In this document: one piece after another, positions 31,140-41,256 of the stretch
How positions within the stretch are numbered: position 1 is the first letter of the stretch
How the letters are laid out: the number at the start of each line of letters is the position of its first letter
Position numbers and translations under genes: made by a program
NCBI GenBank assembly: GCA_943787795.1
Contig: CALSNU010000002.1
Span: forward strand, 608,001 to 672,000
Length of the DNA stretch: 64,000 nt
Reading direction: 5' to 3'
Origin: an uncultured bacterium
Lineage (GTDB): Bacteria > Planctomycetota > UBA1135 > GCA-002686595
The notes under the pieces: generated by a model
The model's database searches: none
The model's input: the letters and a program-made list of their open reading frames with translations, nothing else
Told to the model about the DNA's origin: nothing

Positions 31140-33623
31140 TCAGCGGAAGAGCATCGTCACCCCGTTGGTGAAGTTCGACGTCGGGACGCCGCCGCTGCTG
31201 TCGCGGTGCCAGGCCTGGAACTGCCAGACCTCTCCGGCCGTCACGGCGATGGGGCCGGTCGGCTGGGGCAGGTCCGTCGGGTCGATCTCGAGGCCGAAGG
31301 TGCCGGTGGCCCCTGAGCTCTTGATCTGGCCCGCCGCTACGTAGCGGCCGATGGAGCCGCCGACGAGGAGCACCCCCTCGCTGCCGCCCGGGTTCGGGAC
31401 GTTGTTGAAGCTCGGTCCGCAGATGAAGAACCCGAAGGAGTTGGCCGGGAGGGCCGAGGCGCGCAGGGTCTTCAGGGCGGTGGTCGAACGGTCGCCGTAC
31501 ATCGTCAGGAAGCTGCGGTCGCCGGTGCTGTTGGGGTTGCCATAGCCGTACTGGAAGGCCTGGGCCAGGGGCGCGTCAGCGATGAACCGGGCGCCGTGGG
31601 CGTTGAGGTCCGTGCCGTCGAACTCGGACCATCCGAGGCCGGCGATGCGGCTGGCCCCGTAGCCGCCCGAGAAGCGGGAGGCGATCGGCGCGTCGCTGAA
31701 GAGCGCGGGGAGCTCCGTCACCAGGGTCCGGCGCTCCGAGATGGCGATGAAGCGTCCCTCGGTCAGGTCGAAGGTCGTGATGAAGGTCGTCGGGTCGAGG
31801 GCGTCGGACTCCTGGTAGGTCACGATGAAGTCCTCGGCCGTGGTCCCGATGCGGGCGGCACCCTGGGGCAGGTCCATGTCCGCGTTCTCGCTGAGCTGGA
31901 GCTCGCGGAGCGTCCCGACCCGGTTGCCGTTCCGGCAGAACATCACGAGGGTGTCCTCCACCAGCGACGGAGTGCGCTCGAAGACGATGGCGTAGGTGGG
32001 GTCCAGAGCGTCCAGATCGAGGGCGTCAGAGACGTCGATCTCGCTGACCTGGTCGCCGGCGGGCGCCGTCCAGAGGTCCTCGGGCGAGCCGATGATGCCG
32101 CCGGCGGCGTCCAGCTGGACACCGCGCACGGACTCGATGCCCGTGGCGTTCTCGACGGACCGGTAAGCCACGTTCCAGACGTTGACCGTGCTGGGGTTAC
32201 CCGTGGACGGGGAGATGACCACGTTGGTGCGCTCGTACGCGCCGTTGTCGAAGAAGCTCACCGGGCCGAGCGTGCCGTCGGCGGCGACGGTGCGCAGCCG
32301 CGGCAGGGTCGAGGTGGAGAACTGGCGCTCCCAGACCACGGCGAACACCGAGCCCGCAGCGGTCGTGCTGTTGCCACCGACGTCGGGCCGGAAGTTGTCC
32401 CAGGACGCGGTGGCCTCTCCGATCACGATCGCCGGACCGAGCACGTCGGTGGGGACGTCGAGGATGCGCCCCATGATCTCCGAGTAGCCGGTGATCAGGT
32501 GCTCGCGCTCGGCGACCACGAGGAACTTGTCGGAGCTGTTGAGGTTGGCGATCTCCGGGTTGGTCCAGTCCTCGTCGCTGCTGTCGATGTACCGGCTGCT
32601 CACGTCCAGCCCGGCCGAGTCGACGGTCGTGCTGTAGATGTCCATGTCGGTCCCCGAGAAGGTGTCCTCGTAGACGTAGGTGAAGCTGTCCGTGGATCGG
32701 TCGTAGGCGAGCGCGATGTTGGCCTGGTCTCCCGCGACGTCGTCGACCACGAAGGTGGAGAGGATCGGGTCCACGACGATGGGGCCCTGCGCGGTGCGGA
32801 GGAAGTCCCCGGAGACCGTCAGCGAGAGCTTGTCGCCGTCAAGAGAGGCGGGCACCGAGGCCGTCCGGCCCGTGCCGTCGAGCACGATGGCGGCGCTGTA
32901 GGTCATGCCGCCGCGGGCACCGGAGAAGTGGAAGCCGCCGCCGTCGGCGGCCTTCTGGAGGTCACTCTTGACGTTCAGCTCGAGGACGAGGTCGCCCTGT
33001 GCGCCGGCGGCGTCGAGGATGAAGGACTGCTCTACCGACTGGTTGTCGATGTCATAGACGACGTCGACCGGGCCGCGATCCAGCACGATGCGGTCGCCGT
33101 CTCGTGAGACGGCGGCGTCCGCGTCGAGGTCGAGCCTGCGGCCGTCGAGGACCGCCGACTCGAGGCGGAACTCCACCGGCCAGTTCCGCTCGGCGTCGGC
33201 GCCGAGGAATGGGATGAAGGTGAAGCCGTCGCGGGAGGCGCGGGCCTTGTAGTCGCGGCCGCGGATCCAGGTGCCGTCGGCGTGCTGGGTGTAGTGGACA
33301 CGGGAGCGGTCCGGGGCGAGGCTCGGGGCCGCGGCTTCGGCCGCAGCGAGCTCCTCGTCCGAGAGCCCGGTGAAGACCTCGGGGGCCGCCGCGTCGAGGA
33401 AGCGCTGTCCCTCTCTGGCGGGGCTCGCGAGGTCGAGCCCGTGGCCGAGGTCCGCGCGGCGGGCCTCGGTCTTCTGGCCGGCTTCGCTGGCGATGGCTCC
33501 GAGGGTCGGGCCCTTCAACGGCGAGGTGGGGAGCTGCTCTGCGGTGCGCTGACCGAAGGCCGGGAGGGCCAAGCAGGCGGCGGCGAAGGAGAACAGGGTG
33601 GTGGTGTGGAGCTTGGTGTTCAT
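31140..33623 (-). CDS. Large secreted beta-rich protein with conserved C-terminal PNSTG...FQAWHRD domain
   Basis: Signal peptide MNTKLHTTTLFSFAAACLALPAFG; EQSF...VVDP module; beta-repeat middle; about 136-aa CTD similar to that of the giant protein. Confidence 0.8.
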   Translation of the reverse strand: MNTKLHTTTLFSFAAACLALPAFGQRTAEQLPTSPLKGPTLGAIASEAGQKTEARRADLGHGLDLASPAREGQRFLDAAAPEVFTGLSDEELAAAEAAAPSLAPDRSRVHYTQHADGTWIRGRDYKARASRDGFTFIPFLGADAERNWPVEFRLESAVLDGRRLDLDADAAVSRDGDRIVLDRGPVDVVYDIDNQSVEQSFILDAAGAQGDLVLELNVKSDLQKAADGGGFHFSGARGGMTYSAAIVLDGTGRTASVPASLDGDKLSLTVSGDFLRTAQGPIVVDPILSTFVVDDVAGDQANIALAYDRSTDSFTYVYEDTFSGTDMDIYSTTVDSAGLDVSSRYIDSSDEDWTNPEIANLNSSDKFLVVAEREHLITGYSEIMGRILDVPTDVLGPAIVIGEATASWDNFRPDVGGNSTTAAGSVFAVVWERQFSTSTLPRLRTVAADGTLGPVSFFDNGAYERTNVVISPSTGNPSTVNVWNVAYRSVENATGIESVRGVQLDAAGGIIGSPEDLWTAPAGDQVSEIDVSDALDLDALDPTYAIVFERTPSLVEDTLVMFCRNGNRVGTLRELQLSENADMDLPQGAARIGTTAEDFIVTYQESDALDPTTFITTFDLTEGRFIAISERRTLVTELPALFSDAPIASRFSGGYGASRIAGLGWSEFDGTDLNAHGARFIADAPLAQAFQYGYGNPNSTGDRSFLTMYGDRSTTALKTLRASALPANSFGFFICGPSFNNVPNPGGSEGVLLVGGSIGRYVAAGQIKSSGATGTFGLEIDPTDLPQPTGPIAVTAGEVWQFQAWHRDSSGGVPTSNFTNGVTMLFR

Positions 33624-33892
33624 CGGATTGGGGGAGGCTTGAGGTGGGGTGTTGGGTTGGGCCCGTTGGCCCGGACACCCCCAAGTGCGCTCCACCGATC
33701 GAACCGGACCGGCGATCCCAAGATCCGTCCCTCGGAAGCCGTAAGTGGCTGTGAGGTCATGGTCTATTGACGGTGTGGTCCCCCCTGAAGCGGCGCTCCG
33801 GGTTCAGACCTTGCCCCCTCGAGCCGCCCAAGGGCGAGAGACACGTCTCGATCTGGGGCCACAGGCCCCTCGGGAGCTGGCGTCGGGCGGCC

Positions 33893-35467
33893 TCAGCAGG
33901 TGCCGCAGGAACCGCCGCCGCAGCCCGCGGCCAGTTCGGCCTCGATGGCGCGCGATGTCGGCGTGACCGACAGGCCGCCCAGGGCGGTGCAGCGCAGCTC
34001 GCGGGCCATGCGCTCGGACACCTCACGGTGGGCGTCCAGGACCTCGTCCAGGGGGATGAGGTGGAGGAAGCCCGAGAGGGCGATGTTGGCGCTGGCGATG
34101 GCGTTGGCGGCGCCGGTGATGTTGCGGCCGAGGCAGGGCGCCTCGACCCGGTTAGCCACGGGGTCGCAGATGAGGCCCAGCACGTTCTGGAGGGCGTGGC
34201 TCGCGGCGCCCAGCGCCGTGGCGGCGCTGCCGCCCGAGAGCTCCACCAGTGCTGCTGCGGCCATGGCGGCGCCCGCGCCAGTCTCGGCCTGGCATCCGCC
34301 GACCTCCGCCGCGAAGCTCGAGCGCGTGGTGACGAAGACCCCGATGAGCCCCGCGGCGAGCATGGCGCGCAGGGTCAGGTCCTCGTCGGCGTTCATGGCC
34401 TCGGCTGCCGCCACGCAGGTGGCCGGGAACGTGGCGCAGGAGCCCGCGGTGGGGGCGGCAACGATCACGCCCATGGAGCTCTTCACCTCCATGAGCGCCG
34501 TCACGTAGAGGATGGCCTGATTGAGCACGCCGCCGTCATGGAGCTCGCCCGCGGCGAGCTTCTCCGCGAACCGGTGGCTCTGGCGCGGGAGCACGCGGTC
34601 GGCGTACTCGGTACCCGCGAGGCCCTCCCTGATTCCCCCTCGGACGATCTGGAGGATGCGCCGCATCTGGTCCATGACCTCCGCCTCGCCCAGGCCGCCG
34701 CGGGCGCACTCGTACTCCAGGGCGAAGGACGAGAGGGGGCGGGTGTCGGGGTCGGCGGTCTCCACCATTTCGCCCGCGTGGAGGAAGGGGACGGTCATGC
34801 CGGCCCTCGAGCGCACCGGGAGGACGGCGGCCATGCGACGTACACGCCGAACACCCGCGAGCCCGGCGATGTCGTCGTCGGAGAGGGCAGCCTTCCCTTG
34901 CGCCGCGACCATGGCGTCTCCGGCCGTCGCCGCCACGTCCACGTCGGACCTCTCCGCCAGCGCCTCGGCGCACCGGGCCGCGTTCCCGTCGAGGTCGATC
35001 AGCGTCACGTCGTAGTCGCCCCGCAGGCTCACCGGGGCGCCGTCGATCTCGATGACCTCGATCATCCCGCCGCCGGTGGAGATGGCGACCATCCGGTGCG
35101 CCTCGCCGCCGCGCCAGAGCGTCATGCGGTAGGTGTTGGGGTGAGGGTCATCGAGGCGGGCGATCTTGATCTCCAACTCGACCCCGGCCGCCGCCAGGTG
35201 CTCCGCTGACTCGCCCAGCCGCGGGTCGTCCGCGTCCCAGCCGAGCAGCCCACCGAAGAGGCCCATGTCCGAGCCCTGGCTGTCGTGGGTGGTGGCCAGC
35301 GACCCCTCGGTGTCGAACTCCACCAGGACCCTGTCGGGCTGGCCGCCGACAAGGTCCCTCGCCATGCGGGCGATGCGCACCGACGCCGCAGAGTGGGAGC
35401 TCGACGGCCCGCGCATCACCGGACCGACCACGTCGTTGAAGATGCTGGGGGGGAGAGTCGTGGCCAT
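33893..35467 (-). CDS. sdaA: Fe-S L-serine ammonia-lyase, fused beta+alpha type, with Cys-rich tail
   Basis: GPVMRGPSSSH, HPNT, STGGGMIE, APTAGS, GGCQAE, GLICDPV, APCLGRN, ELRCTALGGL. Confidence 0.9.
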   Translation of the reverse strand: MATTLPPSIFNDVVGPVMRGPSSSHSAASVRIARMARDLVGGQPDRVLVEFDTEGSLATTHDSQGSDMGLFGGLLGWDADDPRLGESAEHLAAAGVELEIKIARLDDPHPNTYRMTLWRGGEAHRMVAISTGGGMIEVIEIDGAPVSLRGDYDVTLIDLDGNAARCAEALAERSDVDVAATAGDAMVAAQGKAALSDDDIAGLAGVRRVRRMAAVLPVRSRAGMTVPFLHAGEMVETADPDTRPLSSFALEYECARGGLGEAEVMDQMRRILQIVRGGIREGLAGTEYADRVLPRQSHRFAEKLAAGELHDGGVLNQAILYVTALMEVKSSMGVIVAAPTAGSCATFPATCVAAAEAMNADEDLTLRAMLAAGLIGVFVTTRSSFAAEVGGCQAETGAGAAMAAAALVELSGGSAATALGAASHALQNVLGLICDPVANRVEAPCLGRNITGAANAIASANIALSGFLHLIPLDEVLDAHREVSERMARELRCTALGGLSVTPTSRAIEAELAAGCGGGSCGTC

Positions 35468-35593
35468 GGGGCCCATGGTATCGCGCCTCGCTGTCCGGTC
35501 TCCCGGGTCCCCCGCGAGGGGGCGTCGCCCGCAGGGCTCGCCTCCCAGGCCATATCCCCCGTCGTGGACTCGGAGAGTCGATATGTTCGCCCC

Positions 35594-36571
35594 GTGAACT
35601 TCCTCATCCTCTCCGAGCGGGACCTCCATGAGGCGCTTCCCATGCGCGACGCCGTGGAGGCCATGAAGGGCGCCTTTGGTGCGCTCTTCGCAGGTGACGC
35701 GGTCGCCCCCCAGCGGATCCACCTCTCCGTGGAGGACCAGGGCGCCGTCTCGTTCCTGATGGGCGCGTATGTCCCGTCCATGGGGCTCGCGACCAAGGTC
35801 GTGTCGGTCTTCCCTCGCAACGAGCGGGCCGGCCGGCCTGTGGTCACTGGGTTGGTGGAGGTCCTCGACCCCGAGACCGGGGAGCCCGACGCGCTCATCG
35901 ACGGGACGGCGTTGACCGCGTGGCGCACCGGCGCCGCCAGCGGCGCGGCCACGGACCTGCTCGCCCGCCAGGACGCCTCGATCGGGGCTCTGATTGGCTG
36001 CGGCGGACAGGGCCGCACCCAGCTGCTGGCCATCGACGCGGTGCGCGACCTCACCGAGGTGCGCGTCGCCGCCCGCAGCCTCGACTCCGCGGAGCGCTTC
36101 TGCAGCGGCATGCAGGACCAGGTGCAGCCCCGCCTGATCCCGGTGGCCTCCGCCGCGGAGGCGGTGCGAGATGCCGACGTGATCTGCGCGGCGACCACCT
36201 CCAGGACCCCGGTGCTCGACGGCGCTGACCTGAAGGATGGGGCGCACCTCAACGGCGTGGGGAGCTTCACCCTCGACATGCTCGAGCTCGACCCGCGTTC
36301 CATCGAGCGATCCACCATCTTCGTGGATGACGTGGAGGCGGCCCTCGAGGAGGCCGGAGAGCTGGTGGCCGCCGAGCGCGCTGGGCTGACCGCGCGGGAC
36401 CAGTGGACGCCCCTCGGGGCCGTGGCCCGTGGCGCCGCGCCCGGACGGAGCCGCGAGGACGAGATCACGCTCTTCAAGTCGGTGGGGCACGCGGTCCAGG
36501 ACGTGGCCGCCGCGTCCCGGGCTTTGGCCCGGGCGCGAGAGCTGGGACTCGGCCTCACCGTGGACCTCTGA
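35594..36571 (+). CDS. Ornithine cyclodeaminase/mu-crystallin family protein
   Basis: KVVSVFPRN, LTAWRTGAASG, IGCGGQG, ATTS, FKSVGHAVQD. Confidence 0.92.
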   Translation: MNFLILSERDLHEALPMRDAVEAMKGAFGALFAGDAVAPQRIHLSVEDQGAVSFLMGAYVPSMGLATKVVSVFPRNERAGRPVVTGLVEVLDPETGEPDALIDGTALTAWRTGAASGAATDLLARQDASIGALIGCGGQGRTQLLAIDAVRDLTEVRVAARSLDSAERFCSGMQDQVQPRLIPVASAAEAVRDADVICAATTSRTPVLDGADLKDGAHLNGVGSFTLDMLELDPRSIERSTIFVDDVEAALEEAGELVAAERAGLTARDQWTPLGAVARGAAPGRSREDEITLFKSVGHAVQDVAAASRALARARELGLGLTVDL

Positions 36572-36608
36572 GTGCGGGCGTCACCGCCACCGACCCGAAC
36601 CCCCAGCC

Positions 36609-37052
36609 ATGAATCGACGCTTCGCCCTCTTCCTCTGCGCCTCCGTCATCGCGCTCAGCTCCTGTCTGGAGTTTGGAGAGGACGTGAGCACCACGAGCCC
36701 GTCGCCCGCCCAGGTCGACAGGTGCCGGCGCGTGATGTACCTCTCCAGCGGGCAGGACATCACTCCCCTCGGCTTCGAGCTGCAGGACAGCCTCGACGAC
36801 CTGATCCACTTCAAGTTCCGCACCGACGCGTCCGCGCCCGCGGAGATCTTCGACCCGTCCATGGTGGACCCCGCCGCGTTCGATCCCGGGCCCTTCGACC
36901 CCGCCGCGTGCACCGAGGATTGGTGGGGCGGCGCCGAGGGGGAGCTGTTGGTGCTGGACCACCTCGAGCCCGCCCCGGCGCGCGTCCTCAGCGCGTGGGT
37001 CCGGCAGGAAGCGGAAGGGGCGACCGTCTGGGTCCAGTGGATGACCCTCTGA
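36609..37052 (+). CDS. Hypothetical lipoprotein
   Basis: MNRRFALFLCASVIALSSC lipobox. Confidence 0.6.
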   Translation: MNRRFALFLCASVIALSSCLEFGEDVSTTSPSPAQVDRCRRVMYLSSGQDITPLGFELQDSLDDLIHFKFRTDASAPAEIFDPSMVDPAAFDPGPFDPAACTEDWWGGAEGELLVLDHLEPAPARVLSAWVRQEAEGATVWVQWMTL

Positions 37053-37120
37053 GCTCCGTTCGGTTCGTTCTCGCTCTCCTCGGTTGCGATCCAAGAGACC
37101 CACGGTGATCCTCTTCCGGC

Positions 37121-37855
37121 ATGGGGGACGCCACCTTCCACTCCACGCATTGGTCCGTCGTCCGCGGCGGGGCCAGCTCCGACGCCGAGCTTCGCCGCGT
37201 GTCCCTCGAGCGCCTCTGCAACCAGTACTGGTTCCCGCTCTACGCCCACCTCCGCCGGAGGGGCCGTGATGCCGACCGGGCGGCCGACCTCGTGCAGGGC
37301 TTCTTCGCCCAGCTCCTCTCACGAGACGGGCTCTCGACGGTCAAGGATGACGTCGGCCCCTTCCGGGCGTGGCTGCTGGGCGCTCTCAGGAACCATGAGC
37401 GGGACGAGGTCGCCCGCGAGCGGGCGCTCAAGCGTGGTGGGGGGGCGGTGCCTATCCCCATCGACCCTGCGGAGGGGGAGCGCCGGCTCGAGCTCGCGGG
37501 GGAGTCCCTCGACGACCCCGCCTGCGCCTTCGACCGGGCCTGGGCCCTGAGTGTCCTCGACCAGGGCCTCCTGCTGCTGGAGCAGGAGATGAAGCGAAGC
37601 GGAGACACCCGCACGTTCGAGGTCCTGGGCCCGCTGCTGTCGATCCAGGGCGATGACCGTCCCCGGGAGCAGCTGGCTCGGGAGCTGGACATGAAGCCCG
37701 TGGCCCTGCGGGTCACCCTGATGCGGCTCCGCCGGCGTTACCGGGAGCTCTTGGTCCAGGTGGTGACGGACAGCGTCGGGTCCGCCGAGGAGGCGGGCCA
37801 GGAGCTCGAGCTCCTCTCCGCGGCGCTCTCGGGCGAATCTCGAGATCCGGTGTAA
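37121..37855 (+). CDS. ECF sigma factor (kinase-associated type)
   Basis: FHSTHWSVV N-terminus, YWFPLYAHLRRRG...AADLVQGFF, FRAWLL, KRGGG, C-terminal region 4 RLRRRYR. Confidence 0.88.
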   Translation: MGDATFHSTHWSVVRGGASSDAELRRVSLERLCNQYWFPLYAHLRRRGRDADRAADLVQGFFAQLLSRDGLSTVKDDVGPFRAWLLGALRNHERDEVARERALKRGGGAVPIPIDPAEGERRLELAGESLDDPACAFDRAWALSVLDQGLLLLEQEMKRSGDTRTFEVLGPLLSIQGDDRPREQLARELDMKPVALRVTLMRLRRRYRELLVQVVTDSVGSAEEAGQELELLSAALSGESRDPV

Positions 37856-37964
37856 CGGGGCAGCGGGCCTCCCGTGTGTCACCCTGTCCAGCCTCGGGCG
37901 CCCCCTAGCGGGGGACCCCGAGGGTCGGACCTCTCGCTCCACGCCACGCCCGCCCAACACTCCC

Positions 37965-40076
37965 ATGCTCCTCGTGCTCGCCCAGGCCTCCGACAGTCAG
38001 TCCTCCCCCATCTTCGATCGGGTGGCGCCATGGATCCAGGCCGGCCTCCTCTTGCTCTTCCTGATCCTGATGACGGGCGTCGTGATCTGGGTCCTGCTCC
38101 AGCTCGCGCGTGCCTCGAAGGGTCCCGCGGGCGACGCGGAGCCGCCCTCCGCGCCCCCGTGCGGGACGCCCGACCGCCCTGTGGTCGAAGCACCCCCCTC
38201 GGACCGTGTTGAGCCGGCTCCTGGGCCGGGACTCGAGCCTGGAAGGGTCGTCCCAGCTGAACGCCACCCCTCCGGTGCGGACCATCTGGAGGCCGCTGCG
38301 AAGGCGCGGGTCTCGTCGGAGGAGCTCGAAGCGCTGCGCGACAGAGTGCAGGCCGAGCTCGACGACTACGAGTTGTTCGAGAGCCTCGGCCGGGGCGGCA
38401 TGGGGGCCGTCTTCCGGGCGCGGCAGGTGAAGCTCGACCGAGAGGTCGCGATCAAGGTGCTGCTGCCCCCCCCCGGCGAGGTCGAGGGGTGGTCCGAGCG
38501 GTTCCAGCGCGAGGCCCAGGCGCTCGCTCGGCTGGTGCACCCCGGCATCGTCTCGGTGCACGACTTCGGCCAGGGCGAGGACCTCGCCTGGATCGTCATG
38601 GAGCTCGTGGACGGGGCCGATCTGCGCCAGATGTTGGAGGAGGGACGGCTGCCCCAGGCGGAGGCCCTGGCCATCGTCCCCGCCCTGTGCGAAGCGCTCC
38701 AGTACGCCCACGACCAGGGCGTGGTGCACCGGGACATCAAGCCCGAGAACGTGCTCTTCGATCGCTTCGGCGGCGTCAAGCTCGTGGACTTCGGCCTCGC
38801 CAAGCTCACCGGCGACGACGGCGCCCTTCAGCTGACCCGCACGGACCAGGCCATGGGCACCCCCCGCTACATGGCGCCCGAGCAGCTGGAGCGCCCCCGG
38901 GAGGTGGACCACCGCGCGGACCTCTTCTCCCTCGGGGTGATCTTCTACGAGATGCTCACGGGGCACGTGCCCGCCGGTGTCGTCGAGCCGCCCTCGCGTG
39001 TGGCCGGCGTCGACGCGGGGATCGACGACGTGGTCCTCTCCGCTCTCGAGCGGGAGCCTGGCCGGCGGCCCCAGAGCGCCGCTGACATCGAGCGTCAGTT
39101 GAAGGGGGTCCGGGACGGCGAGGGGGCGCGAGTCGCGCGGGAGACCCCCGTGGATCACGGGCAGTCCAGCGTCAGCGAGGTCGACGAGATGGAGGCGGCG
39201 CCCCGGCCCTGGAGCGCCCCCAGCCTGCTTCGAAGCTTCGACTGGCCGGACCTCGTCGCGCTGCTGGCCTACCCAGTCAGTGTCATCGCAGCGCTGGTAA
39301 GTCGCTTCGAGGGCGACGGCATCGATCGGGCGATGGGGCGGTTCGACCGGGGCCTCAGGGATTTTGACGCCACCCTCAACTCGGACTATGCGGTCCCGCA
39401 GGACTCGGTCTTCATCCATCAGTGGGCGATGGCCGCATCCCTCCTGCTGCTCGCCGTGCCGGCCTTCTCGATCCTGCTCTGGGCCTTCCAGCGCTGGACG
39501 AAGGCACAGCCTGGCCCCGCGCCCTATCGGTTCCTCTGCTACGTGCCGCTGATCCGCGTCGGGGTCGTGTCGCTCTTCGTCTGCATGTCCTGGGGGCTGG
39601 GCGTCCTGGCTCTCCGGGGGGCTCCCCGCGCGAGCACCGAGGTCGCCGTCCTTGTGTCATTGCTCCTCTCCACAGCCTTCTGCCAGCGCGGCGCCCTTCA
39701 GGCGCGCTGGTCCCGGGCGACGCGACGGACGTTGCTCTATGGGGCCTGGGCCGCCGCGTCGACCGGCGGGCTCACCATGCTGCTGGTGTGGCAGGGCGCT
39801 GGTGGCAGCGTCGGGGCGGAGTCGCTGGTGCCCCTGGCGCCGATGCTGGTCCTCGGGGTCGTCTCCGTTCTGTTTCACCGGGCGGGGCGCCTCCACCTCG
39901 CCACGGTCGCGATGGGAGCAGCCGGTGCCTTGGCCCTCGCCCTCCGCTCGGCGCTCCCGACGACCCTCGGTCTGTCCTTGAGCGGTCCCCGGATCTTGGT
40001 GGGCGCCAGCCTCCTCGCGGCGTTGATGATCTCCGTCATCTCCGCCGCGGGCTCCGCGCCCCGCGAGCGGAGCTGA
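37965..40076 (+). CDS. Membrane Ser/Thr protein kinase
   Basis: GRGGMGAVF, VAIK, HRDIKPEN, DFG, GTPRYMAPE; N-terminal TM and multi-TM C-terminus. Confidence 0.93.
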   Translation: MLLVLAQASDSQSSPIFDRVAPWIQAGLLLLFLILMTGVVIWVLLQLARASKGPAGDAEPPSAPPCGTPDRPVVEAPPSDRVEPAPGPGLEPGRVVPAERHPSGADHLEAAAKARVSSEELEALRDRVQAELDDYELFESLGRGGMGAVFRARQVKLDREVAIKVLLPPPGEVEGWSERFQREAQALARLVHPGIVSVHDFGQGEDLAWIVMELVDGADLRQMLEEGRLPQAEALAIVPALCEALQYAHDQGVVHRDIKPENVLFDRFGGVKLVDFGLAKLTGDDGALQLTRTDQAMGTPRYMAPEQLERPREVDHRADLFSLGVIFYEMLTGHVPAGVVEPPSRVAGVDAGIDDVVLSALEREPGRRPQSAADIERQLKGVRDGEGARVARETPVDHGQSSVSEVDEMEAAPRPWSAPSLLRSFDWPDLVALLAYPVSVIAALVSRFEGDGIDRAMGRFDRGLRDFDATLNSDYAVPQDSVFIHQWAMAASLLLLAVPAFSILLWAFQRWTKAQPGPAPYRFLCYVPLIRVGVVSLFVCMSWGLGVLALRGAPRASTEVAVLVSLLLSTAFCQRGALQARWSRATRRTLLYGAWAAASTGGLTMLLVWQGAGGSVGAESLVPLAPMLVLGVVSVLFHRAGRLHLATVAMGAAGALALALRSALPTTLGLSLSGPRILVGASLLAALMISVISAAGSAPRERS

Positions 40077-40200
40077 GCCGGCCAGGTTCGTCCTCTGCGG
40101 CGCTGCTGAGCGAGCTCCGTGGGCATCGATCAGCCCCGCTAATCGGTGCCCTTTGCGGAGATGAGATGCTCGTGAGCCAGGGGAGGACGAGAATAGCCCC

Positions 40201-40386
40201 ATGCGCTACTTCCTCCTCATCCCCGCCGGGGCGCTCCTCCTCTTTGCCCTCTACGGTTTCCTCCACTCCGGGGAGGCGAGCACTCCTGATTTGATCCTCA
40301 GGTGGCGGGCCGCCTACTCGGCCCTTGGCGCCGCGGTGGTGCTGGTCACCGTGTGGCTCTGGCGACGCATGATCCCCGGCCGCTGA
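40201..40386 (+). CDS. Small two-TM membrane protein
   Basis: 61 aa, two hydrophobic helices, sits in an intergenic gap. Confidence 0.55.
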   Translation: MRYFLLIPAGALLLFALYGFLHSGEASTPDLILRWRAAYSALGAAVVLVTVWLWRRMIPGR

Positions 40387-40443
40387 GGCGCAGGGCCCTC
40401 GAGGGGCAGAGCCCGCCGGTCACCCCTCCGGGTCACGCGGGCC

Positions 40444-41256
40444 TTACTCGTAGACCTTGACCGCGACGCTCTTGAACTCGATGGGGTGGCTCTCCGCCTG
40501 GAGGGAGATGGTCCCCCGCGAGAGCATGGCCGACTGGCCGAGGTTCATGAGCAGGCGGGCCTTGTCGTCACCCGGATCGAGCTGGGGCTTCTGGTAGGCG
40601 AGCACCGGCTCGCCGTCGATGAGGTGGGTGATGCTCTCGTTGCCGCGGACCTGGAACTCCACGGTGACCCACTCGTCGTCCATGTAGGTCTTGCTCGTGG
40701 AGTTGGTGCAGTGCCGGGTGTGCAGCTTGTCGTCCATGACCACGTGGGTGGCGGGGGTGCACAGGTTGGCCGTGGGCCGGTCGCCGCCGCCGGTGACCTG
40801 GCCCAGGAACTGACCTTCGATGGAGACGGGGAACTCCTGGTCCTTGGGCACGCTCTCCGCGGACTGCCCGTGGAGCATGACGCCGCTGTTGCGGAAGGCC
40901 CAGCCGGGGCCGCCGGGGCACTGCTCTCCGACGAAGCGGTAGGTCACGCGCAGGTCGTAGGAGGAGAGAGGCTCCTCGTAGAAGATGTGCCCGAACTTGC
41001 CGTCGAAGCTCTCGTACTGGTCGTAGCTGACCTTCAGCAGGCCGTCCTCCACGCGGAACGTGTCCCCGTGGTTGTCGCCCAGCTCGTACCCGCGGATCTT
41101 CACCTGCCAGCCGGTGAGGTCCTGGCCGTTGAAGAGCTCGGTCCACTGGGGTCCGGAGGCCACCGGGTCCGCGGTCGGGCCCTCTCCGGAGGAGGCGCAG
41201 GCGGCGGCGAGGGAGGCGGCGATGAGGGCGCAGGGGGCGAGCGGGCGGAGAGTCAT
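40444..41256 (-). CDS. DUF1080 (3-keto-disaccharide hydrolase-like) lipoprotein
   Basis: LFNGQDLTGW, RNSG, E.Q, G.ISLQAESHPIEF; lipobox AAAC. Confidence 0.9.
   Translation of the reverse strand: MTLRPLAPCALIAASLAAACASSGEGPTADPVASGPQWTELFNGQDLTGWQVKIRGYELGDNHGDTFRVEDGLLKVSYDQYESFDGKFGHIFYEEPLSSYDLRVTYRFVGEQCPGGPGWAFRNSGVMLHGQSAESVPKDQEFPVSIEGQFLGQVTGGGDRPTANLCTPATHVVMDDKLHTRHCTNSTSKTYMDDEWVTVEFQVRGNESITHLIDGEPVLAYQKPQLDPGDDKARLLMNLGQSAMLSRGTISLQAESHPIEFKSVAVKVYE

Noticed and set aside
35468..36490. 865-aa N-terminally extended SdaA
   Set aside because: The extension is antisense to the OCD gene. SdaA homology and a -10 box support a start at 35467.
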